Below, in pieces: positions 40,363-53,476 of a DNA stretch of 64,000 nucleotides. Each line of letters begins with the position of its first letter. Positions within the stretch are counted from its first letter, which is position 1. This stretch comes from Octopus vulgaris (taxonomy: Eukaryota). The stretch is taken from NCBI GenBank assembly GCA_951406725.2, contig OX597831.1, positions 4,340,001-4,404,000 of the forward strand, written 5' to 3'. The position numbers and the translations under genes are program-made. The notes under the pieces were generated by a model. It saw nothing but the letters and a program-made list of their open reading frames with translations. It ran no database searches and had not been told where the DNA came from.

Positions 40363-40476
40363 TACACACAAACAAACAAACACACACATACACACACACA
40401 CACAACCGGCCACACAACCGTATACGTACAAACACATTCATGCACAAAAAAACGTGTGCATACGTATATCTATATG

Positions 40477-40478
<2 letters not shown>

Positions 40479-40542
<64 letters not shown>

Positions 40543-40574
40543 TAATAATAATATTAATAATAATAATAATAATG

Positions 40575-40649
<75 letters not shown>

Positions 40650-40682
40650 TTAATAATAATATTAATAATAATAATAATAATG

Positions 40683-40748
<66 letters not shown>

Positions 40749-40781
40749 TTAATAATAATATTAATAATGATAATAATAATG

Positions 40782-40846
<65 letters not shown>

Positions 40847-40880
40847 TAATAATAATATTAATAATAATAATAATAATAAT

Positions 40881-40917
<37 letters not shown>

Positions 40918-40928
40918 TTAATAATAAT

Positions 40929-40974
<46 letters not shown>

Positions 40975-41070
40975 TTAATAATAATATTAATAATAATAAT
41001 AATAATAATAATAATGATAATAATAATGATAATAATAATAATAATAATAATAATAATATTAATAATAATA

Positions 41071-41072
<2 letters not shown>
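40479..41072. repeat. ~590-bp (AAT)n array with periodic ATT/GAT variants
   Basis: Tandem AAT with higher-order repeated interruptions. Confidence 0.95.
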
Positions 41073-41110
<38 letters not shown>

Positions 41111-41182
41111 ATACATATATATATGCATATATACATACATATATGTACATACCTACATATATATGTATATATACATACATAT

Positions 41183-41350
41183 ATGGGTACAGGACATCAA
41201 AAAACATGGACCATAATGAGATCCGAAGACATAAAAACAAAAACATAGAAACAGATTTTTTTTCAAACAACGAAATATACAGAGTACAAGACATACAACA
41301 CAAGGAATATTCCCCTTCTTCAGTTGTCCCCGTTTCATCTACACCGCGAT
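41183..41350 (-). mobile_element. Short dispersed element, same family as the 26741-26868 core
   Basis: GGGTACAGGACA.CAAAAAA...CATAAA..CAAAA...GACATACAACACAAGGAA shared; minus strand contains CTGAAGAAGGGG. Confidence 0.7.
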
Positions 41351-41402
41351 TATATACATACATATATATATGTATATAAATGTATATATTTAAAACACTC
41401 AA

Positions 41403-41786
41403 GGCGCAGGAGTGGCTGTGTGGTAAATAGCTTGCTAACCAACCACATGATTCCGGGTTCAGTCCCACTGCGTGGCATCTTGGTCAAGTGTCTTCTGCTA
41501 TAGCCCCGGGCCGACCATTGCCTTGTGAGTGGATTTGGTAGACGGAAACTGAAAGAAGCCTGTCGTATATATGTAGATATATATATGTGTGTCTGTGTTT
41601 GTCTCCCTAGCATTGCTTGACAACCGATGCTGGTGTGTCTACGTCCCCGTCACTTAGCGGTTCGGAAAAAGAGACCGATAGAATAAGTACTGGGCTTACA
41701 AAGAATAAGTCCCGGGGTCGATTTGCTCGACTAAAGGCGGTGCTCCAGCATGGCCGCAGTCAAATGGCTGAAACAAGTAAAAGAGT
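41403..41786 (+). mobile_element. SINE family A, full length
   Basis: GGCGCAGGAGTGGCTGTGTGG head to AAACAAGTAAAAGAG tail. Confidence 0.93.
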
Positions 41787-42145
41787 ATATGTTTATATAT
41801 TTATATATGTGTATATATATGTATGTCGTTGTATGGCTTACATTTACTCTTTACTTTCTTTTCACTCTTCTACTTGTAAACACGTTAATGGCGACGTTTC
41901 AACCTACCAATCAAAAGCCACATGCCAGCATAATGTTGACACCAATCACAGTATCTCTCTCTAATAGAAAGAGGCAGCAACACTCGCCAATATCACTCCA
42001 TCGTGAAGATGAGACAGTGGAGGTATAAAAGCTTAAAGAATTAAGTTACAAACTTTAATTGCTCCAAGCGAAATGTGAGAAAGTCAAAGATTAGTGTGTA
42101 TTTTTAATAATACACGTCTAATAGAAATTATATTTTTTAGACATA

Positions 42146-42184
<39 letters not shown>

Positions 42185-42248
42185 GTATATAAGAATACAT
42201 AATCACACATATATATACATGCACATATACACATATATCTCCATATGC

Positions 42249-42298
<50 letters not shown>

Positions 42299-42596
42299 TT
42301 AGATATAGATATAGATATATATGCATGGATATATGTATATATATGCATATATAAATACATACTTATGTACATACACACACACAGATATATTGTGTGAGTA
42401 TGTATGTATATATATATATATGTATATATACATATCTATATGCGCATAGACATATGTAAAAGTATATATATATATACATAGTATATATTTATACATATAT
42501 GTGCGTGTGTATGTATGCATGTATGTTTTCATGGTTAGCTGCATGTCATTATAAATGTATGCGCATGCTGTATATGTGCATATGTTTGTGATTGTG

Positions 42597-42633
<37 letters not shown>

Positions 42634-42659
42634 ATCCTTTTAAAATAATAATATAGATA

Positions 42660-42796
42660 GGCGCAGGCGTGGCTGTCTGGTAAGTAGCTTGCTTACCAAC
42701 CACATGCGTGGCACCTTGGGAAAGTGTCTTCTACTATAGCCTCGAGCCGAGCAAAGCCTTGTGAGTGGATTTGGTAGACAAAAACTGAAAGAAGCC

Positions 42797-42835
<39 letters not shown>

Positions 42836-43100
42836 GTGTATGTGTGTGTGTGCGTGTGTGTATGTGTGTGTGTGTATATGTTTGTGTGTCTGTGTTTGTC
42901 CCCCCAACATCGCTTGACAACCGATGCTGGTGTGTTTACGTCCTCGTAACTTAGCGGTTCGGCAAAAAAGACCGATAAAATAAGTACTAGGCTTACAAAG
43001 AATAAGTCCTGGGGTCGACGTGCTCGACTAAAGGCGGTGCTCCAGCATGGCCACAGTCAAATGACTGAAATAAGTAGAGAGTAAAGGAGAATAAAGAGAG
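42660..43100 (+). mobile_element. SINE family A with B-box deletion
   Basis: CCACATG joined directly to CGTGGCACC; remaining blocks intact. Confidence 0.9.
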
Positions 43101-43360
43101 TATACATACATACATACATACATACATACATACATACATACATACATACATACATACATACATACGTACATATATACACACATATATACACACACGTACA
43201 TGCACATATATATGCTTATATAGTAATTTGGCACACATCGATCTAAGCAGCACAGTTATAGATAATTTAGGTCGCTATTAATTTCTCGTTAGTGCTCAAC
43301 GCTGCAACAGGTATTCGTAACCATGACTATTTATCTATGGCAATTAAACCAGAATATTTG

Positions 43361-43577
43361 TCTTTATTGCCTACAGGGGGCTAAACATAGAGGGGACAAA
43401 CAAGGACAGACAAAGGGTTTACATCGACTCCAGTGCATAACTGGTACTTATTTAATCGACCCCGAAAGGATGTAGGCAAAATCGACCTCGGCGGAATTTG
43501 AGCTCACAACGTGACGACAGACGAAATAATGCTAAGCATTTCGCCCAACGAGCTAACGTCTCTGCCAGCTCGCCGCC
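43361..43577 (-). mobile_element. SINE family B monomer
   Basis: Head, central domain and GTCTGTCCTTGTTTGTCCCCTCTATGTTTAGCCCC tail on minus strand. Confidence 0.87.
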
Positions 43578-43672
43578 CAGTGAACCTAACATATGAAGAT
43601 CTGCTGCTCGTAGCATAAGCACCGGACTATAATGTAGTCACTGGCCATCCAGCAACCCCAAAATGTATCTAT

Positions 43673-43709
43673 CCTTCTGAAGATGGGCTTTGCGCCCGAA
43701 ATATAAAGG
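43673..43709 (+). ncRNA. Minimal Type I hammerhead ribozyme motif
   Basis: CCTT-CTGAAGA-T-GGGC-TTTGC-GCCC-GAAA-TA-TA-AAGG: stems I and II fully paired, palindromic ATAT stem III. Confidence 0.75.
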
Positions 43710-43834
43710 TTTAAAAAACTTTCTGCATTGTTAGGAGCTTACATGTCTTTCTTATCCTTTCCTACTTCTGCACTAATATGCTTCAGGCGAAGCAGAACGC
43801 TCTTCTGTAATATAATATGATATAATGATATTCG

Positions 43835-43894
<60 letters not shown>

Positions 43895-44014
43895 CATCAA
43901 TCCATTTATCTATATCTGCCTGTCTGCCTGTCTGCCTGTCTGCCTGTCTGTCTGTCTGCCTATCTATCTATATATAATATATATATGTATATGGTAAGAT
44001 ATACGGATATATAT

Positions 44015-44053
<39 letters not shown>

Positions 44054-44189
44054 TATGTATATACATACATATATATATGCATATATATATATACATATAT
44101 ATACATATATATACATATACATATATATACGTATACATACACAGACAAATACATACATACACACATATATACATATATCAGACCACCTG

Positions 44190-44610
44190 CCGTACAACAC
44201 TTTATCTTCCTGTCTCCTGACTTACATCTATGTTATACCGCAAGGCTTTCATTCTACATGCTAGCTCAACCTAACCTGCCCTTATTAGTCGAAAGACACC
44301 CGTTGTTATTCTCCTATCGTTTGTTTTTGTAATCGTGTAATAATTTTCTCTGTTTTCTCCTGCTTTTGTCTGTGTTGTCGTACACATTCGCTTGCTTTCT
44401 TCCCCAAATATATGATCTTAGCTTAGACTTTTGGGAGCTACCAATTTTGAACAGTCTCAAGTATAACAGGCCGAAACTGTAATGAGTATTGGAAACTTGA
44501 ATGATAAACAGAAGGCCAAGAATGATCCGTCCTGCTTTTTCCTGTCCGTCTTTGTATCGTCTATCTGTTCGTACATTTTTAGTGTCGTCCGTTACATTCT
44601 TATACCGTTT
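44190..44610. mobile_element. Unclassified dispersed repeat, copy 2
   Basis: Homologous to 2370-2822. Confidence 0.65.
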
Positions 44611-44738
44611 TTGGATATATATATATAAATATTTAAATAATGATGGAGATAAATTAATATTAATTTTAATATCAATTTAAAAGCAGTAGTCTAGCATACA
44701 AAAAATCTGAGAAATCAGAGAAAATTCTAATATATGTG

Positions 44739-45050
44739 TATATTGGCAGGGCAAGACTGCTAGGTAGTCGGCCAAATGCTAGAAATAGATCATCAACGAT
44801 CAAACTACAAGGAAAGTTCTCTAGAGGAAAAATTCAGCGAACGTCAGAACCAAATTTGGCGGGCAGGACAGATGAAAATTTATATAAAAAACAGAATTAA
44901 CTGCATACCTCGGTTTCGGCCTTTAACAAAAGAATTACTTACACAATTCAAATGTCCGTGGCTTTATCAGTGCAATCGTTCAGTCCTTGTAGTTTGATCG
45001 TTGATGATCTATTTCTAGTATACGGCCGACTACCTAGCAGTCTTGCCCTG

Positions 45051-45058
<8 letters not shown>
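44739..45058 (-). mobile_element. 320-bp element with 75-bp terminal inverted repeats enclosing a decayed hammerhead
   Basis: 44739-44813 matches the reverse complement of 44984-45058 (3 mismatches); minus strand 44976-44900 ATTGCA-CTGATAA-AGCC...GGCC-GAAA-CCGAGG-TA-TGCAGT. Confidence 0.8.
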
Positions 45059-45099
<41 letters not shown>

Positions 45100-45797
45100 G
45101 GGAACATAAAATTCCAAACTTACAGGGAAAAATTCAATTTAGAAACACTAAATCAAATTTCACAATATATAATATATGTATATAATTAATAAAAATAACC
45201 TCTATTATGTGATTAATTTATTGAAATTTAGTTTATTGTATTTATTTTAGGTTTTTTTAGTCTTAGATTATTGGGATTTAAACTTTTTTCCAGTAAATGA
45301 TATATTACATCTAGTTTATTTGTTATTTTCACAGCTTAAATACATATTTCTATTTTTTATTCTATAGTTATTATTTACGTCATGTTTTCACGTGATAAAT
45401 TTCTTAGCAGCGCAAGGTTCTGAGTTTAAACTTAAAATTTCAGTTAACTGCTATTCTTCAATAAGTTATGATTTTATTTTTCATTAATATTCTTACATTT
45501 TATTCGATTATTTATTGTTACGAAGTTAAGATACATTTATTTCATTATTTTAGACCTGAAAAGTGGCTATATTTTAAAATCGAATTAATTTTAATAGTAT
45601 CGATTTTATTATTATCGATTTAAAGATATAGTCACGAAACGCAGGTAGTCAATTTAATGTTTATTTAATTTAATGTCTATTTAATTTAGTGCTTTTTAGA
45701 ATAATATTTATTATAATATATTTAATTTTTTCTATATGATGTAATATAGATAATATCTTTCACTATATATTGAATTAATTAATAGAGTTTATTTCTC

Positions 45798-45872
<75 letters not shown>

Positions 45873-46278
45873 TATACATATATATATACACATATATAAT
45901 TACACGTGTGTATAATTACATGTATGTATGGTGTTGCAATAGTGAAGAAATCCGAACCTGAACTTGTCTGCTATATGTAAATTTCATTGAAATTCTCTTA
46001 AAGTTATTTCCTCCTCCGTCCCCGAACCCTCGACCCCCACCCGCATCTAACCCCACCGTGATTAACCCTGATTGATTCAGCCTAATTTATTCCAGAATAT
46101 TTAGCCACACCCCTTCTATAATTACTTTAATTACCGTAACCACTTCCCTTGCAAAATAATAATTACCCCCCTGCTGTTGCATCTGGCGAGAAAACCATAT
46201 AACATATTAAATGTACGTATGTATATTTCAACTATGTATGTGCATATATATGTGGATGCATACATGTATATATATATA

Positions 46279-46339
<61 letters not shown>

Positions 46340-46417
46340 TTATTTATTTCTATATATTTCTGTATATATATTATATACATATATCTAAAGATAGACATGT
46401 ATAAACATATATATGTA

Positions 46418-46461
<44 letters not shown>

Positions 46462-46521
46462 CATACATGAGTACACACACATATAGATACGTATAAACAC
46501 ATACACACTCACACATTTATA

Positions 46522-46602
<81 letters not shown>

Positions 46603-46646
46603 TAGGTATAGATACTTTCCTGAATATGAATACGTATATGTATATG

Positions 46647-46936
46647 TGTGGAGGCGCAATGGCCCAATGGTTGGAGCAGCGGACTCGCGGTTTCGATTCC
46701 CAGACCGGGCGTTGTGAGTGTTTATTGAGCGAAAACACTTAAAGCTCCACGAGGCTCCGGCAGGGAGTGGTGGCGATCCCTGCTGTACTCTTTCGCCACA
46801 ACTTTCTCTCACTCTTTATTCTGTTGGCCTGCTCACTTAGCCAGCGGGGTGGCGTCATTTGAAGGCTAAAACAATGTGAAACGCATTGTGACCAGCGATG
46901 TGTACCAACATCTGATAGCCTGGTCGGTCACGCTGA
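46647..46936 (+). mobile_element. SINE family C, tail variant 2
   Basis: GGAGGCGCAATGGCCCAATGG head; tail GCCAGCGGGGTGGCGTCATT...TTGTGACCAGCGATGTG; matches 58978-59277. Confidence 0.87.
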
Positions 46937-46954
46937 TATGTATATGTATATCTA

Positions 46955-47065
<111 letters not shown>

Positions 47066-47072
47066 ATATATA

Positions 47073-47268
47073 ACGGGAAGCTTTATGAAAATAGACAAAA
47101 GACGAAGGCAGGTGCAATACAAACAAACAGTTGTATTAGTATGGCGCTCAGGAATATAAATAAAACAAGTCTTTTGCGTTTCGAGCCTACGCTCTTCAAC
47201 AGAAAGATACACAGAAAAGAAACACAGAAAGAAGGAGAATGCGTGCAGAGGCTAGCGAATCAACATGG

Positions 47269-47272
<4 letters not shown>
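47073..47272 (-). mobile_element. ~200-bp hammerhead-motif element (CTGTTGA core variant)
   Basis: Minus: CTTT-CTGTTGA-A-GAGC-GTAG-GCTC-GAAACGCA-AAAGAC; homologous to the 54707-55157 units; inserted in (TA)n. Confidence 0.75.
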
Positions 47273-47315
<43 letters not shown>

Positions 47316-47487
47316 TTCAGATGAATATGGTATTTAAGTTTAGGCACCAGAATTTAGTACGGAATTATCCCTAAAATTTCAAAGTAAGGTAATTAAAATC
47401 AAAATAAGCATGAAGGATACCTCTGGATATCCTCATTGCTAATTTTGATATACATACATACATACATACACACACATATATATATAA

Positions 47488-47521
<34 letters not shown>

Positions 47522-47532
47522 TTATATAAACA

Positions 47533-47564
<32 letters not shown>

Positions 47565-48077
47565 CTAGCAGTATCGCCCGGCGTTGCTCGGGTTTGTAAG
47601 GGAAATAACTATATAAGCATTTTTAGAGAGTTACTTCCCTTATAGATGCCAATTCGGGCTTTCTTAGCCATTTCTGTTTTGGTGTCTTCAAGCCAAGAAG
47701 TCGTTGTTCTAAAAGAACGCTGGTCTCCTTGACAACGCTTTACGACGTTGATTTCCTTACACTCCCTTCCCCACAGCTTTACGAGCGAGGGAAGAAGGGG
47801 GAGAAGCAAACAGATGCAGGTGTGACCATGGACGCCAACTCCGCCGCCATTGACACGCGAAAAATTATGCATTAAAATGGAATAAAAAATGATGTTAAAT
47901 TATTTTTAAAATCGTAGACTCATCGTAGACGCGCGCTAATACTCAGACGGGCTCGATGTGAATCACGACTATAAGATATCCGAATTTGGTTAAACTGCAC
48001 CGCAAAATGTGGGAGTAGTTAGGAATCTAAATCGAAGGGGACAGACACTCACACAACTACAGTTTTATATATATAGA
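47565..48077 (-). mobile_element. Non-autonomous Helitron
   Basis: Minus: A|TCTATATATATAAAAC...CCCGAGCAACGCCGGGCGATACTGCTAG|T. Confidence 0.88.
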
Positions 48078-48110
48078 TATATATATAGATATATAGATAT
48101 ATAAATATAC

Positions 48111-48199
<89 letters not shown>

Positions 48200-48748
48200 A
48201 CAAATAGTGAGAGATTATCAATCCGGGCATAATACTTTATAAGCTCTCTGTTAGTATACCAGGCTAACAGTATTACTTAGATTAGGGAAGAACTCCAGGT
48301 GTTCTTATGGCAGAGTCCAAGGGTATGGTTCATCACAATTCTAAATTGCAAATCCTTGGATGGGCTCCAGATAAACTAGTTTTTACATAGAATGATGTAT
48401 AAAAAATAATAGCCTGAGTAAATCTATCAGTAATGTATATATAATGACCACTAGAAACAGCTGTAAGCTAAATTTGCTCCATAAATGAAAATTATGTTAT
48501 GACAATAAATCAAGGACGGGAGACAAACAAGAACACATCTTCCTTGTTCCAGCTACAACGGATTGAAAGAAAGAAAAATGGCCGATGGTCACCTAGGAGC
48601 CACGTGAGCAAGGGACGAGGAGTGAGAGAGAGAATGACAGAGTAATAGGATAGAATAGTGGGAGAAGAGGAGGTAAAAGTATAAGAGAGAGAAAAAGAGA
48701 AAAATGAAAGAGTAAAAAGATCGTATAGAGTGCGCATCAGAATTATTA

Positions 48749-48817
<69 letters not shown>

Positions 48818-49149
48818 TGCATACACAGATGCACACTTGCACGCACACACATCGAGAGTGCAGGTCCTGCACAATGCAAAAAAGCGCCACTTAATGCTAC
48901 TTGATGAAGTGTCACTCTAAGATATTACATCCACACACATACATATTGCATGTACTGTGATTAGAAACAGCCTGGTGCGGAAACAATTGTCGGTGGTGCT
49001 AAATTATTTCTTGAGATACTCTGCAAATGACGATAATATTATGCTCTAAAATCAGTCTTTTTGATTGCCGGACACTCGGCCCAGCACCTAACGTGAGTCC
49101 TTCTTGAACCTTTGAATCCTTATTCCTTCACACACACACGCGCGCGCGC

Positions 49150-49560
49150 ATCTTTTATGCTTTGATTTATTTCATTCAGAGTACCGCTTAAAAAAACTTT
49201 TGGGTAGAATGAGTCAACCCCAGTATTTATTTTTTTAAAGCTTGGTACTTATTCTATCGCCCCCCTATTGCCGAACTGCTAAGTTACGGGACGTAAACAT
49301 ACCGACAACAGTCGTCAAGCGAAAGTGGGGGACAAAAATAAACACAAAAGCACACATACACACGCACACACACACACGCACACACACACGTATATATACA
49401 CATACGACAGGCTTCTCTCGGTTTCCGTTGACCAAATCCATTAACAAGTGTTTGGTCAACCCGAAGTTACAGTAGAAGATACTTGCCTAAGGTGCCACGC
49501 AGTGAGGCTGAACCCGGGACCATGCGGTTATGAAGCAACCTTCTTATCACAGCTGCACAC
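49150..49560 (-). mobile_element. SINE family A, diverged
   Basis: GTACTTATTCTATCG, CCGAACTGCTAAGTTACG, AAGGTGCCACGCAGTG. Confidence 0.75.
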
Positions 49561-49777
49561 GTGCGCGCGCACACACACACACATACACATACATCGGAGA
49601 GAGAGAAAGAGAGAGAGAGAGAGATCTATCACAAGAAGAGTGGAAACAGTGACTTCGAAGTTCCGACCTTACAAAAAATATTGAGTAATCCTTCAATTTA
49701 ATGTGAATTGTTTTTAATATAACTCAACCTAAAATTCAAATATTGTGTCTGTGTGTGTGTCTGTGTGTCTGTGTGTT

Positions 49778-49993
49778 AGGTGGTGAGCTGGCAGAATCGT
49801 TAGCGCGCCGGGCAAAATGCTTGGCGGCATTTCGTCCGTCCTTACGTTCTGAGTTCAAATTCCGCCGAGGTCAACTTTGCGTTTTATCCTTTCGGGGTCG
49901 ATAAAATAAATGTCATGTGAATATCGGGGTCAGTGTAATCGAATTAGCCCCTGCCCCACTGAATTGCCGGTGTTGTGACAAAAACTGAAACCA
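49778..49993 (+). mobile_element. SINE family B monomer
   Basis: GGTGGTGAGCTGGCAGAATCGTTAGC...GAGTTCAAATTCCGCCGAGGTC...CCTTTCGGGGTCGATAAAA. Confidence 0.85.
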
Positions 49994-50299
49994 ATATATG
50001 TATGCGTGTGTGTGTGTGTGTGTGTATATTTACACACACATACACATATATATATATGTATATGCCTTCACACTCACACACACACAAACGCACATACACG
50101 CACGTACACATGCACACACACACATTCGCGCACATGCACGCACACACACTCACACACATATTTCCACACACACACACACGCGCACACGCACGCACATATG
50201 CACACACATATGCACACACACGCACATACACTCACACGCATATATATATTCACACACACACATATACACACACATATTTACATTCATAATCCCGATGAT

Positions 50300-51030
50300 T
50301 TTTTACCTCCGTCAGCTTTTCCTCTTCCTCTCTCTCCCTCTCTACCTATCTGTGCCTCTCTCTCACCCACTCTCTCTACCTCTCTCTTCCTTCCTCTGTC
50401 TGAGACTACCCCATCTTTTCACTTACTTATACTACACCTCATCTCTTGCCAACTGTCTGTCTATGTTTCAATCATTCCCTTCTTTCTATAGCCTTCTATT
50501 TTTTCTTTTCTCCCTCCCTCTCTGTATATACATATATATATCTTTTACTCTCTCTCACTCACCTCTTGACTTTCTCTCATATTCGCTCTCCCTTATACCT
50601 TCTCTCTCCAACTCCCTCCCTCACACACACGCGCACTCACTCTCTCATTCATTCTCTCTTCCTCCCCTCTCACTCATCTCTCTCTCCTCTTTCCCGCCTC
50701 TGTTTTTCTCTACGTCTCTCTTCCTCCATCTTTCCCTCACTTTATCTCTTTATCTTTCACCCTCTTTTCCTCAGCCCCTCTTCTCTCACTCATCTCTCTC
50801 TCCTCTTTCCTGCCTCTGTTTTTTTCTCTATGTCTCTCTTCCTCCATCTTTCCCTCATTTTATCTCTTTATCTTTCACCCTCTTTTCCTCAGCCCCTCTT
50901 CTCTCTCTCTCTCTCTCTCTCTCACGTTCCTTCCGTCTTCGTCCTCCTCCCTCCCTCCCTCCCTCTTCCCTTCGGCACTCACGACACCCACCGTCTTCCG
51001 TCCCTCCCTCTCCCCCTCTCCTTCCCTCAA
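50300..51030. repeat. Polypyrimidine tract with an internal ~118-bp tandem duplication (~50685-50905)
   Basis: CCTCCATCTTTCCCTCA.TTTATCTCTTTATCTTTCACCCTCTTTTCCTCAGCCCCTCTTCTCTC occurs twice. Confidence 0.85.
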
Positions 51031-51259
51031 TCTCACCGATTATTCTCGAACAATAGACCTATTGACCTTTTGTATTTATTCATTTCTACGAAGAAAGTGT
51101 TCAGCCAAGCGTCACGGTGATCAAACGTGGCCCTTGCTTCACTCCACCGCGCCGATGTCCTGCAGGCGGCAGCACTGTGCGAGCGTGACAACAGTAGCAG
51201 CAGCAGCAACAGCAGTCAAAAAAGTAGGTGTGTTTGTGGGTGCATATGTACATGTGCAC

Positions 51260-51301
<42 letters not shown>

Positions 51302-51615
51302 ATGGGAATGTGTGAACGCGTGTCCGAGTGTGTGAGTGCGCGAGTGTATGGATGTGTGTCCGTGTAGGTGCTTCTGTGTGCGTTTATATGTCCATGTGTA
51401 TGTGTGGAGGGAATGTCCAAGTGTGTTTGTGTGTGTGTGTGTGTGAATGTGCGTCCGTGCTCGTGTGTCCATATGTGTGTATATGTGTGTCCGTGTTTGT
51501 TTGTGTGTGTGAGTGTGCATGTGTGCCTGTGTGTTTATGTGTGGCCATACGTATCCGAGTCTGTGTGTCTCTATGTGGGTGTATGTGTATGTATGTGTGT
51601 GTCAGTGTATGTGTA

Positions 51616-51661
<46 letters not shown>

Positions 51662-52194
51662 TGTGTGTGTGTGTGTGGTGTGACACCGTCGGTTGGTTCC
51701 CCGGTGCCGTCAATAGGTTTAGCAATCTGAGAACGAGTGTGGGCAATGGTTGAACGCCAGTCGTGTGTGTTTTAATGGGACGTGGTTGGGTAAGAGATGT
51801 TAGTGATGTGTGTGTGTGTGTATGTGTGTGTGTGTGTATGGCTAAAGAATTGGTATGTATATAGGGGGTTATGTAAAGGCAGTGTGTGTGTGACGGGGGG
51901 GGAAATAGGATTTAGTGACAGTTGGTCGAATGAGTGTTGGAGAAGAAGAAACAGACGAAGAAAAGATGAATATTGAGTAGATTGAAAGAGGCGGAAGAAG
52001 GGCGAAAGGAAGAAACGAAAGAAGGAAGAAAGGAAGGAAACCAATCGTTCATCTTTTATCTTTTATTCACATCAGTCGTTGGACTGCGACCATGCTGGGG
52101 CACTGCCTCGAAGTGATTAATCCAGTGGTTCTCAACCATTTTTTTTTACCTATAGCCCCATTTGGTTACTGTTTTATTCTGGTCTACCCCCATA

Positions 52195-52621
52195 GGCGCA
52201 GGAGTGGCTGTGTGGTAAGTAGCTTGCTAACCAACCACATGGTTCCGGGTTCAGTCCCACTGCGTGGCACCTTGGGCAAGTGTCTTCTGCTATAGCCCCG
52301 GGCCGACCAATGCCTTGTGAGTGGATTTGGTAGACGGAAACTGAAAGAAGCCTGTCGTATATATGTATATATATATATATATATATAAGTATGTGTGTAT
52401 GTATTTGTGTGTCTGTGTTTGTCCCCCTAGCATTGCTTGACAACCGATGCTGGTGTGTTTACGACCCTGTCACTTAGCGGTTCGGCAAAAGAGACTGATA
52501 GAATAAGTACTGGGCTTACAAAAAGAATAAGTCCCGGGGTCGAGTTGCTCGATTAAAGGCGGTGCTCCAGCATGGCCGCAGTCAAATGACTGAAACAAGT
52601 AAAAGAGTAAAAGAGAGAGAG
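52195..52621 (+). mobile_element. SINE family A, full length, flanked by ~217-bp direct repeats
   Basis: Near-consensus copy; 51979-52195 is duplicated at 52622-52837. Confidence 0.93.
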
Positions 52622-53013
52622 AGATTGAAAGACGAGTAAGAAGGGCGAAAGGAAGAAACGAAAGAAGGAAGAAAGTAAGGAAACCAATCGTTCATCTTTT
52701 ATCTTTTATTCACATCAGTCGTTGGACTGCGACCATGCTGGAGCACTGCCTCAAAGTTATTAATCCAGTGGTTCTCAACCATTTTTTTTACCTATAGCCC
52801 CATTTGGTTACTGTTTTATTCTGGCCTACCCCCATAGCTAGTCGATGTTTAAAAACCAGTTTCATAGAAACTTCTTTCAAAGTTTCTTATTTTGTATTTC
52901 ACGTATTAATTTGTGTAGGATGAATTATGTAAAACGTTTGGCAAAGAAACCAAGCTGTTTCTTGCAATAAAAACGTTTAAAGCAAAACTTTTTCATGGAT
53001 CCTTAATATATAC

Positions 53014-53243
53014 ATTTCTTTACTACCCACAAAGGGTTAAACACAGAGGGGGCAAACAAGGACAGACAAACGGATTGAATCGATTATATCGACCCCAGTG
53101 CGTAACTGGTACTTATTTAATCGACCTCGAAAGGATGAAAGGCAAAGTCGACCTCGGCGGAATTTGAACTCAGAACGTAACGGCAGACAAAATACGGCTA
53201 AGCATTTCGTCCGGCGTGCTAACAATTCTGCCAGCTCAGCGCC
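53014..53243 (-). mobile_element. SINE family B monomer
   Basis: Complete head, central and tail blocks. Confidence 0.9.
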
Positions 53244-53273
53244 GTTATATATCCTATATATCCTTAATATATA

Positions 53274-53436
53274 GGCACAAGAGTGGCTGTGTGGTAAGAA
53301 GCTTGCTTACCGGCCACATGGTTCCGGGTTCAGTCCCACTGCGTGGCACCTTGTGCAAGTGTCTTCTACTATAGCTTCGGGCCAACCAAAGCTTTGTGAG
53401 TGGATTTGGTAGACAGGAACTGAAAGAAGCCCGTCG
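53274..53436 (+). mobile_element. SINE family A, 5' half
   Basis: Head through GAAAGAAGCCCGTCG, ends in the internal TA tract. Confidence 0.88.
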
Positions 53437-53476
53437 TATATATGTATATGTATGTTTGTATATATGTATATGTAAT

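Noticed and set aside
41300-41350. Minus-strand CTGAAGAAGGGG as a hammerhead
   Set aside because: A hairpin follows but no GAAA box after it; kept only as a repeat-family feature
51030-51230. Possible exon in a GC-rich island
   Set aside because: No convincing splice-site pair or recognisable peptide
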